A DNA stretch of 64,000 nt, taken from the NCBI GenBank assembly GCA_043228905.1, contig JBHGNT010000010.1, positions 1,054,001 through 1,118,000 on the forward strand. The letters run 5' to 3'. The notes under the pieces were generated by a model, which saw only the letters and a list, made by a program, of their open reading frames with translations, ran no database searches and had not been told where the DNA came from. Position 1 is the stretch's first letter; every line of letters starts with the position of its first letter. Shown here piece by piece: positions 1-11,100 of the stretch. The stretch comes from Azolla caroliniana (taxonomy: Eukaryota; Plantae; Polypodiophyta). Both the position numbers and the translations under genes were made by a program.

Positions 1-51
1 CCGGCTCCCGGACATCTGACCATCCCATCCGGAGGGACCGTAATCCCAACA
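1..51 (-). mobile_element. Terminal 51 bp of a Tnt1/Tto1-like Copia LTR, inserted into the RNase H region of another Copia
   Basis: GACATCTGACCATCCCATCCGGAGGGACCGTAATCCCAACA nearly matches the LTR ends at 47887 and 52596. It is followed directly by in-frame RNase H codons VHTDRQVADIFTKPL. Confidence 0.85.
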
Positions 52-903
52 GTTCATACGGATCGGCAAGTTGCCGACATCTTCACCAAGCCGCTCGGAT
101 CGGACAAGTTGCAGCACTTTACCGACATGCTTGGTATTCAGCATCTCGACGTGCCGCACTTGAGGGGGAGAAGCAAGGGCAAAGTCTCTACCGAAACCGG
201 CAAAGGCAAAGAGACTGTTGAACCCGTCGGTAAGAGGAGAGCCGGAAGAAGAGGAGACAAGAAGATGAAGGAAGCCGAGTCGACGAAGGAAGTCGACACA
301 TCCGAACAGGTCGGAGCAAGCGGCTGTGAAGAAGAGTTGTGCACTCAAGAAGAGAAGTGCATGCTGTGCGGAGGTCATCACGACGGTACTGACCATGATG
401 CGGAGTCGAATGAAGAATTCGATTTCGGTTCACCGGCTGAAGAAGTCGAGGGAAGCATGGAGAAGGCCAAGACTCGTAAGTGGTCCGATGTGGTGAGAGG
501 CCTGAAGCCGGAAGTCGAATCGGAGTGTACCGATTCGGACAAGAGCTGGAACGAGTCGGAGATAGTTGACTCAGATCAACAGATGGATCCGGATGAGACG
601 GATCGACTGAAGGCCAAGGGGACACGGACACAGCGGAAGTCGATGCCATCGTGGGAGAACCGACGGATCGGCAAGCGCCGGAGTCACAACAACGTGAGTG
701 TTGAGATGGGCCTATTGAGCAGACATGCCGACCGAGAGGGTCGAGGCGCGCAGAACCAAAGGGGTCGCGGCAAACGGGACCGGACCGGACGAGGAGCGCG
801 AGCAAGGCGGAGTGACGCTAGGAGGAGTCGGTTGAAAGAACCGACTGCCATAGAGGTCGACACTACGACCCCACCTCAGGTTGAGCTTGAGGGGGAGTGT
901 TGA
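52..903 (+). CDS. Copia Pol C-terminus (RNase H end) with ~245-aa in-frame extension (5'-partial)
   Basis: The frame is open from 52 through ORF 109-903: VHTDRQVADIFTKPLGSDKLQHFTDMLGI, then a charged extension containing CMLCGGHHDGTDH. Confidence 0.65.
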   Translation, partial: VHTDRQVADIFTKPLGSDKLQHFTDMLGIQHLDVPHLRGRSKGKVSTETGKGKETVEPVGKRRAGRRGDKKMKEAESTKEVDTSEQVGASGCEEELCTQEEKCMLCGGHHDGTDHDAESNEEFDFGSPAEEVEGSMEKAKTRKWSDVVRGLKPEVESECTDSDKSWNESEIVDSDQQMDPDETDRLKAKGTRTQRKSMPSWENRRIGKRRSHNNVSVEMGLLSRHADREGRGAQNQRGRGKRDRTGRGARARRSDARRSRLKEPTAIEVDTTTPPQVELEGEC

Positions 904-1298
904 GCGGCAAGCTCAACCGGAGCCGGATCGGCTGAATAAGCCGGAGCCGGTAAGCGAGACGGATCGGGCGAAACGGATCGGTATGACGGTGAGCAACCGA
1001 ACCGGCAAGCAGTGGAGGCCAGGTGCAATCCGTAACCGGCAGTCCAATCGGAAGCCTAGAATAGGATAGACTACTAGGTATCTATAGTCTCGTAGTAAGT
1101 GTCAGATGCTCGTGTGAGCATTGAAGTACATGGTACTTCTGTCAGTCCCAAGAGGACTTGTATAAATAGTGCTACTTAGCACAGTGTGTAAACACAGAGT
1201 CTTGATATAATTTTGAAATTGCGTTCTGCTCTCTCTATCTCTCTCTCTCTCTCTCTGTTGTTCTCTGTTTTACGCTTCCGCAAACACTTACGTTTACA
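52..1298 (+). mobile_element. 3' part of a Ty1/Copia element: RNase H end, 3' extension, PPT and 3' LTR
   Basis: ADIFTKPL motif; PPT TTGAGGGGGAG at 887-897; LTR 898-1298 (TGTTGAGCGGCAAGCTC...CGTTTACA) homologous to the LTR at 56495-56858. Confidence 0.9.
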
Positions 1299-2650
1299 CC
1301 TCCTTTTCATATAACAACAGTTGTCCCTCTAGAATGCCCCACCTAACCGCGCCCCAAGTAATCACACAATTAGCATGTATCAATATCAACAACCTTAATA
1401 CTCTCTGCCAAACTTGCATAATTTTAGGACAAGACCACAATACATGCTTAATTGATTCCAGCATACATCCACAACCAAATCCACACGACTTACTATTTAG
1501 TTGTCGTAACCAAGCCCGAACCGGAAGTGCATAATGGATCAATAACCTGCGAAAAAGGACAATCTTCCTAGGAATCTACAAACTCCATAATGACTTCCAA
1601 TATTTAGATGCATTCATTACAGAGGCCCCATTCACCAATCACACATTCATAGCGGATGGTGAATGCAATTTCCTACTTAAGAGTAGCTTTCGTCCCAACT
1701 TCACAGAATATTGAAAGAATTGAATAATTTTAGTATGAGACGAAGGATTTGTATGTTTTCAAAGATAATCCGATGGATCCCAATGCAAGTCAAACAACGA
1801 CTTTTTTTTTAACCCATAGTTGGCAAAATAACATACTATCAGAAGGAGAAGGATCTAAAATCCACTTTTTACCAAATTTACCAATCCCTCTCACTAAATG
1901 TTGCAATGTCGTTTGCCAAATTGATGATTCCACACCAATTTGCCCTAATCTTCCTTCCTCAGATACATCAAAATAGTAACAGTCATTACTCTGCCTGCTA
2001 AAGACAACTTTGTAGTGTCCCAAATCAACAATTTTTTCCTAAGTGATAACATTAGCGAAGCTAACAATCACTCCTTATGCATATTTATACCACCCTAACA
2101 GCCTAAGTAACAAACTGAAACTCCTTGAATCCAACGAAAATACTTAGATGGTCTCCATGATGGCAACGGCCGCGTAGAAACCCAAAAACCCACTAATTTA
2201 CACCAATTAACTTTTGCACCAGAGACAACACAAAATGTTTCCAATGCAACCTGTACTTTACAGAATTTACCTACTTCAGCGTGCATGTATAGTGCAATAT
2301 CATCTGCAAACTCCACGTCTAAAATCATCTTGTTAGAGATCGGTATGACCAGCCCTTGGATCCTAGCACATGCTGATTTAAATATGCAGAGAATATTTCC
2401 ATAACAATAAGAAATGAAAAAGGGGCTAATTGACACCCTTGACGAACTGATTGTGACATTTGAAATCTTCATCCTCTACCTCCTGCTACTTTAAAGATAG
2501 AACTATAAGCTAATCTATACAAAGCTGCCACTGCAATAATCCAAACTTCTGGAAACCCTAATCTTCTCATTGCCTCTTCTAAAAAGTCCCAATTCACTCT
2601 ATCATAGGCCTTTTCAAAATCTAACAATAGAGTTACGTAAGTCCTCTTTC
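1299..2650 (-). mobile_element. Degenerate LINE (L1-like) ORF2 remnant
   Basis: RT motifs LLLDFEKAYDRVNWDFL, EFADD and SGAKVNWCK, plus zf-RVT-like ESIKHVLWSCP, spread over several frames. Confidence 0.85.
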
Positions 2651-4182
2651 TTGGCCATAGTTGAGGTGGACAACTCCCAAAACAAAAATATATTATCAAA
2701 TATACTCCTATCTTGCATGAAACCTGTATGTTATCATACTTGTTCATGTTATCTAGCTACTATTAAACAATATAACAAAATATGTGTTCATTTTACAATC
2801 CTAAACCATGTATATCTTTATGCTACCTACAACAACATGAACATCAAGTGCACCACCTTTGAATTTTGGAATGTTATGGGACATCTATGATGAGACATTT
2901 TAGGCACTTGAATATCTCCCTTGACACTTGCCTTTTTAGCTAGGCATTGTTGAATAAAGCGAACAAAGTATAGTGATGTGATGCTTTCCATCTTCTCTAT
3001 TTGTTGAAGCTTTCTCATAAGTTGTGTAAGTACTAGTTATCTTTTACATTTTCTACATCATCATATTTTATATTATAAGAAAATAGAAGTTATAAAACCC
3101 ATGCCACTCATGAGATATCCTCAAAATTACATTTAACATTAATTCTCTTGACATATGTGAAAGTATGTGGACATTTTAAGGAGATTGGACTCTTTGGAAT
3201 TTATATATAACCTATCACTAGCCTATGTACATGTTGTTATGATATTAGGCGTAGACATCTCTTTTTCCATTTTCCAACCTTTTGATGCTCAACCTCGAAT
3301 ATTGTCATAGTGGGGTAAATCACAAAAAAGTAAAATAAAGAAGTGGTTTTGGAACAAAAAGCAATGTGAAGTAGAAAAGCAAGAACTATGGAATGAAGTT
3401 CATCTTTGGAACTATGAGAGAAATGTTGACTATCCCTAAGACATGATGGGGAAGTTCTTTGATGTAATTGATTAGGTTGTCGAATCAACGAGCTCATGAT
3501 CCATTTCAAGGAAAACCAGATCCATGGCAAGTCACTCAATCCATCCGACAATCACACATAATCAATTATCATTACAAGTGAACTTTGTCTTTGGTTAATG
3601 TGTCAAAACATAGAGTCGTGTTTTGTCACTCATGATCCCTACAAACATGAGATACAATTTTATGCAATTTCAACCAAGCTATATCGTGTTGCTCAAAGTT
3701 GCCCTACTTATAATCTCTTGAAAAGAAGGTACAACAAAAAGTTGCAACCAAAATAACACGTAACAAGAATGTTGGAATGCAATATAAGAGCTATATTGGG
3801 AATACATCCAACTTAAGGCTGCTAGGAAGCTCGTTTCAATGAAGATGTGCATTCAAATGTGACTTATAATTTGGAAAATTACCAAAATGTGCTCATTGTG
3901 TATGAAATTCAAAATGTATGTTATATTTTTGTTTGTTTCGAGCTTATAATAATGGGAAATTAAGATCAAACACTCAATTAACTAAAAATCGCATACATAT
4001 TTTTATACATTTAATTATCGTAATACTTACCATATATTAATAATGTGTTATGTGCATGTTAATCATTATTCACTAAAAAAGTTGGGTTGTAGAAGAATTG
4101 CCTACAAGTGATTAATTACAACAAATAGGCTAGGCATGCTTTTAGAGTTTTTAATAAATACATTGCTCATTTATTAGTGTGT

Positions 4183-6900
4183 CACTACTATGATGGGTTT
4201 AGGGTTTCTTTAGACAGCCCGTGAGACGGGTGCATGCTTCGCTATAAAATTCAAAACTCTTGAAAATGCCACATTCCTCATGCGTGCAATTAGTTGTAGT
4301 GATTGTAGTAGTTTTAGATTAAGTGGAACCCATTTGAGGGTGATTTTGTGCAACACAAAGATATTTTTCCCCTTCTAAAAGTTTATTAGACAATAACCAT
4401 ATTTATCAAAGGTTATGAATAGGAACCTAAGCTATACATAGGATATGTCGAAGGTGTTATTGAATAGGTCTTTCACTAACTTTTGATACCTTCATTGGTT
4501 ATTTGAAAGCTCCACATGGCAAAATAAGAGAATTATAGTTTAAAATGTCATGTCTTGAGATATTCAAGCAATGACTTTTATTTGTAGAAACACATGCTTA
4601 ATGCTAAAATTGGACAATATGGCCTCATTCGCATTATCTCATGATCACCTCTCTTAAACTCCACCACTTGGTGTGACCATGCTCGACCAATGGTATGGAA
4701 TGATCACAAACAATGATGCAGTTCATTCATTGCTAGCTCCTAGGTTTGTAGGAGGCCGCCATTGTCTCTATGGAGTTAGATATCCACTCGGATGATGTAT
4801 ATTGTGTCTATGGTACGTGCCATCTGATATTGTGCTTGAGTTATGAATCTCAAATGAGGCCTCAAAAGAAAAGATTGCTAAAACTATTGGATGTGTGCTA
4901 AATGTGATAAAATTTTAATGCATCTTATTGCCCGCTAAATAGGGTGATTTGCATATGAAGGTGATGAGCTAATGATCGTTTGCTAATAATATATTGTGTA
5001 AGGTATAATTTCTAAATGCAACACTAATTGAAGTACTCCACCAAGTTCCTCCTAGAAGGTTTTAGTCTCGTGGTCTAGAGTTATGGTACAACGCATATGC
5101 TCATAGTACTAGTAGCATCACATATATATTGTTTCATTTTTAAGTTTTAGACCATGTCAAATGTGGTGGGTTCGATGATTGATATCACATGTGTAATTGC
5201 AAAAATGATATTAAATCGACACATCAAAGGATTACTTTAAAATTAATTTACATGTTCCATCACTTTATGGGTGATTTGCTAAAAGTTTATTTCTAAAAAA
5301 TGCTTAAGGATTTGAAGAGAATTTCCATAACCTTTGCAATTTAAGAATGCCCAATGAATCAATCATTGTTCGATGAAAATAACACATTTCTAATTTTGCG
5401 TACTTCATTTTCGTATATTTGGATGAGGACCTTAGTATCACATGATATCCTCGCATCTCTTCGTTCTTAATATTTTTGAATGTCATCTGTGATGTAATTC
5501 TTGTTTTTCATTGAGGAACTTTAGGCTTTACACTCACTTTTCAAACTAGGATTCCCAAAACAATAGCCCGGATCTTCATAGGGATGATTCTACTAAAACA
5601 ATGACCATGAAAATGTGATACATCATGGAGACAATGATTAATCGTGCACAAAAGTTTGTACGAACCAACAAAAGAAGATTGGTGCAAATGGTGTATTTTG
5701 AGTTTATGGTAACATATTTCAATATCCTGATATAGTGTTTGAATGAGAACATGCTTTTCTGTGGAAAACACCTGACAATACCAATTTATAACCTACATGT
5801 GGGTGGGGCCCCATTGGTCACATATCTCCACACATTTAGACAAGTGTTATTTCTTCCTTGCCAATTGGTACACATACATCTTTGTGCAAATGAACAAGTG
5901 TGTGATCTCAAGGTATGTGTTATTTCCTAACCATGACGCAAACCATTGCATTCTCAAATATAATAAAGAATCCATATCATGCTTGATTGGTTATGTTAAG
6001 CTCAAGTATATTTTCTGTTGAAATAAATCCATGTACCAAGAGAACTTACTCTCCTATAACTTAATCTTCATCTCCAAACTAGTGCAAAAAAAGTGTTGCT
6101 TGTAAATGTGCGTCCATCGTCTAACGGATAGGACAAAAGATCTCCTAAACCTTGATTAGCCTAGGGAATCACTATTTTTTTCAAAAACCAAAGATGAACA
6201 TGACCACAACTTTAGAATGACGTGAAAGGTGTAGATTTTTTATACCAACGGTTGATTACTTCGACCCAAATGCTTTTGACACACCATCGATGCCCATCAA
6301 ATAGCTGAAGCTTTTCATTTTGTGGGTACCACTTGAATGGGAACTTGGTAGGTTAGTCCACCTACTATGATTTTGTCACCTTGTTGCTCCATTTTAATGT
6401 GTTGTGGTCGAACAAGTAGATGTTATCACTCTTATCCTTGATTTTTAACCACCAATATCCTCACTACACTATTACGTTGTATTGCCAAAAGGTTGAGAAA
6501 ATGGCATGCATTCAACCCCTCCATACCCAGGATCATCTTGTGAAGTAAAGAAAATAGGTAACTTTTGGACACAAGCTTGCACAACAATGCAAGTAAGGTA
6601 GGCCCCACTATAGCTCCATACTAATTAAAGCAACCCTACGTTTCACACTAGGTTTGTCTTGTGAATGCTAATGGATATTTTTAGTGGAGTACTTGGAATC
6701 CATCCCAACAATCATGTTTGTGGAGTAATTGGAATACACCACAACCAAATGATTTCACATTGATTGATTGAGGACTTGTGGGGATGATAGATATCATTGA
6801 TCTAGCAAAAACATCAACTTTCAAACAAATATTCTTTGTATGGCAACTTTATAGTTAATTGTAAATATGCGAACTCGTGTTACGGTGCTGGTCCATACAA
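4183..6900. mobile_element. Possible decayed CACTA DNA-transposon remnant (right limit uncertain)
   Basis: CACTAC at 4183 is followed by a short palindromic subterminal-like motif (CCCGTGAGACGGG). No clean transposase ORF was recovered. Confidence 0.25.
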
Positions 6901-6952
6901 GGGTGGAAAATGTGATTGGCAAAAAAGGTAAGAGTTTCTATTCTCTTATTTC

Positions 6953-6954
<2 letters not shown>

Positions 6955-7025
<71 letters not shown>
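6955..7025. repeat. (GA)n microsatellite
   Basis: About 35 perfect GA units. Confidence 0.97.
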
Positions 7026-7026
<1 letters not shown>

Positions 7027-7558
7027 AATACAATACTTACAAGTTACACCTAAGACAATACGAGTCGACAATGATGATGACATCGATGATTGGGCAAATA
7101 TTATTTTTGCATCCCGATTTTTTTTTGCATGGTCAGGGTTTGCCCATAAAGTTGGGAACCACTTGTGTTGTTACGGAGAAATGATGGTCACCCCACCACT
7201 CTTAGGATAGGCCAGAATGGTATAGACCCTAAATAGGGCCAAACTACATCGTTCCTATTAAGAAATGAGGTATTTTTAATAGGTCATAATGGCCTATGAG
7301 ACACTAAAGACAGAGAGAGAGAGACAACGATTACATCTTAAGATGCCGTCTCATCTCTAGGAACAAACCCCGACATAAACTTAACTAAAATTAGTAGAAC
7401 GGCATATAAACTTGCCGGATAATCGCATGTGTGAACCCGTAAATAAGAGAAGAGAGTTCTGGCATTCGGGATCCGGAGATGGCGAAGCCTGCCGGCCGAC
7501 AATGGCCTTCATTTTGTCCATAACATGCAAGCATTAGAGAAAGATAGAGAGAAGCCAT

Positions 7559-7559
<1 letters not shown>

Positions 7560-7612
<53 letters not shown>
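7560..7612. repeat. (GA)n microsatellite upstream of TPS, within repeated GAAGCCATTAGAGA units
   Basis: Seen directly in the sequence. Confidence 0.95.
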
Positions 7613-7615
<3 letters not shown>

Positions 7616-7936
7616 AGAGAAAGAGAGAGAAGCCATTAGAGAGAGGGGAATATGTAGAACAGATTCCTGCTTTATTTTTGCATGTTACGAGAAAAACAGA
7701 GCACTACTACTTCTTCTTCTTCTGTATAATTAAACGTTCAGGAAAAACCCTCTTCACCATATATATGTATATATATATATATATATATACATACATACAT
7801 ATACATATCAATATGCATTCTAATCTTCTCCACATGAAAAACAAATAGAAAAACCCAAGTTCCTGCTTGGTTTCTCCTCTCTGTGTTCTAGTTTCTGTTT
7901 GTTTATTTGATCGATTTGAGGCCCTGCCTCTGTTCC

Positions 7937-8037
7937 TGATTGGTTGCTTCATTGATTCCCCTGTTTTTGATTGGTTGCTTCATTGATTCCCCTGTTTCTG
8001 ATTGGTTGCTTCATTGATTCCCCTGTTTCTGATTGGT
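7937..8037 (+). promoter_or_regulatory. 31-bp tandem repeat (3 full units plus a partial one), each with an inverted CCAAT box, just upstream of the TPS start codon
   Basis: Unit TGATTGGTTGCTTCATTGATTCCCCTGTTT(C/T) starts at 7937, 7968, 7999 and 8030. The repeat is certain; the regulatory role is inferred. Confidence 0.55.
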
Positions 8038-8117
8038 CGGGCGGTTTTGGTTCCTCTTGTCTACGGGGAGCCTGACAGATAATTGGAGCCTGACAGATAA
8101 TTATCTACTCTCTGCAT

Positions 8118-11100
8118 ATGCCTCATCGCCAAGCTGGAAGATTTCACAACCGGAACAGAGGATGTCGCCCCCAGGAAGAGCCAGCCAAGGACTCTACTGC
8201 TTTTGTCCGACCAAAACTAGAGCTCGAAGATGGCAGCAGCTGCAGGCCTAGAGAGCTAGGTTTCGATGGCAAAGATAGAACTAAATTGCTCGATCGTAGC
8301 AGCGGTACACCTATTAAAGAGCTGAATGATGGTGATGGAAGGCTGGAGGAGCTAGACAATGGGAGTGGCACTTCTTCACCAGCACTAAATTTGAAGGTGA
8401 ATATTGATACTTCTTCCGCAGCAGCCGTTGACTCCAATAGATTTCTCCGTGTTCCGGCAACCACCTCAACTCCAGCCGCACCATTCGATAGCCGAGATCA
8501 AACCAATACCCGAGAGAGAGCTGCCTTGTTCCGACATGAGAAGCCACCACCTCCTCATGAAGAGCAGAGACGGAGGCCCAATGCTTTCATTCAACCTGAG
8601 ACAAACAGTGGGTGGGATAGAGGGGATGGGTGGCTTGGGAGAGATATTCTTATCACTGAAAATGATAGGCATTCGGCAAATTTGTTGGTTGAAGCAGCGA
8701 TGGAGGAGAGCAAATCGAGAACCTGTCGGCAACGTCTTCTAGTTGTGGCCAATCGATTGCCCGTCTCTGCCACAAGAAATGGAGATGTTTGGTCTCTCGA
8801 GCTCAGTGCTGGTGGCCTTGTGAGTGCCCTTCTAGGTAAGATCACTTCTTGTGTTCACCATCTTCAGCTATGTTTTTCCGATATCTTTATTGATATAATA
8901 TGCTGATGTATGTGGGGTGGTATAGTTTAGAAAACAGTCGAAAGAGGGTTTTTACTGTTTCTTTTTTTGCACCATCTTCAGTTATTTTTAATGGAAATGT
9001 ATTTATGTTCCTTCTGATAGAGTAGTAGTTGTTAATGTACAATGTAGATGGGCATCATTATATACATTCTAATGGACTTTATATGAGTTCAATTCTACAT
9101 AGTAGTGTTTAAGAACTTTCGACGAGTTATTTGTGCATATAAATGCTTCTGCTATGTTTAGACCTTCTGGTTTTTCTGTATTGTATGTCAGGAGTGAGAC
9201 AATTTGAGACAAGATGGATAGGGTGGGCAGGTGTGAATGTGTCAGATGAAGTTGGTCAAATAGCACTGAAGAAGGCCTTAGAAGAAAAGGTTTGTGTATT
9301 CAGTATTTTCACATGCATATTTATGTATATATTTTTCATGGTTCCCTTTGATTCACATCCCTTCACATTGAGAAATGTCATAGTTCATGGATTCCTGATA
9401 TGTATGTAACATGTGTGCGTGCATGTATATCTACAGCGATGTGTTCCTGTGTTTCTTGACGAAGAAACTGTACATCAATACTATAATGGGTATTGCAATA
9501 ATGTTCTTTGGCCACTTTTCCACTATCTTGGATTACCTCAAGAGGACAGACTCTCTGCAACTCGTAGCTTAGAGGATCAGTTTGAAGCCTATAAAAGGGC
9601 CAACAGCAAGTTTGCAGAAGTTGTTCATTCTATCTATAAAGAGGGTGATGTTATATGGTGCCATGATTATCACCTCATGTTTTTGCCGAAATGTTTGAAA
9701 GATTATAATATGAATATGAAAGTGGGTTGGTTTCTTCACACACCATTCCCTTCTTCAGAAATCTATCGAACATTGCCATCACGTTCTGAGCTCTTGAAAG
9801 CAGTGCTTACAGCAGATTTAATTGGGTTAGCATTAGAGTTCTTTCTTGCTCCTTTTTTGTCTCATTGGTATGCAGTTCAAGCTCATTCATCTTATTTGGA
9901 ATTGGTATGTTTTTTGTTCGTTTTGAAGGTTTCACACTTATGATTATGCCCGGCACTTTGTAAGTGCATGCACACGTATACTAGGACTGGAAGGTACATG
10001 TTCAGGTGTAGAGGATCATCGATTGGGAAAGCTTACTCGAGTAGCAGCAGTGCGATTCTAAACTCTTTATCTTATTTATTTATTTATTCTGAATCAAGAG
10101 ATGTAGCTGATGAAGGCTTGGCTTCCAGCTTGATTGTTAGTGTTGATTTGTATATTTTATAGGACAAAACATCAAATAAAATCACCAGAATACTCCACTG
10201 TAGTAACCTTTGTACTGGAGAGGAATATTCTGGTAGTTTTCTAGAACTAGGGGTTATTTTCATAAATACCCAACAAGATAGAGGTATTCTGATGTTCTCC
10301 CACCTTTTATCAATATTTATTCTCTGGTGAATTAGGTCGTATATGTGTATGTATTGAGGTGGATATCTTGGCTTTTACAGTTCCCGATTGGCATCGACCC
10401 AGACAGGTTTCTTAAGGCCCTTGAGAGACCTGACGTCCAAGGCTATATCGACGAGTTGAAACATAAATTTTCTGGTAGAAAGGTAGCACACTCTTAAGTA
10501 ACTTTAATTTTCTTTATACAAGAGGGAGAGACCAGTGTAATATTTTCACTTGATATTAAATTGAACTTTGGTTTATTTCTAGGTAATGCTTGGTGTGGAT
10601 CGGCTAGATATCATAAAAGGGATACCCCAGAAACTTCTTGCATTCGAGAAGTTCCTCGATGAGAATCATGAGTGGAGAGATAAAGTACTGTTGGTGCAGA
10701 TAGCGGTCCCGACACGGACAGACGTTCACGATTGTATGTTTTATCTTCATATAGTTTTATGGTGTTTGAGTGCTTGTTTTTTTATTAGCTTTTGCTCATC
10801 TTTCTGTGGCTCAAGAATCATACAAGTACCAACTTCTAAACAATTTTCATTAGTAAGCACCACTGATCTTAGGAGTTTTGAAACTAATTATTTATGCATG
10901 GAAAAGATTGCATCTCTAAAGACTGTCAGCAGACTGAAATACAGGAAATCATTAATATACTTATACTACTTTCTCTCTAATAAAGTATTTATACAGTTCA
11001 CTGGCTTTTGAATTGAAATAGAAAGAAAAGGTGTTTGATTTTTGTGCAGATCAACGCCTCACGAGCCAAGTGCATGAGATTGTGGGTAGAATCAATGGGC

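Noticed and set aside
6953-7952. ORFs with RERERE, SLSLSL or YIYIYI runs
   Set aside because: They are translations of GA and TA microsatellites.
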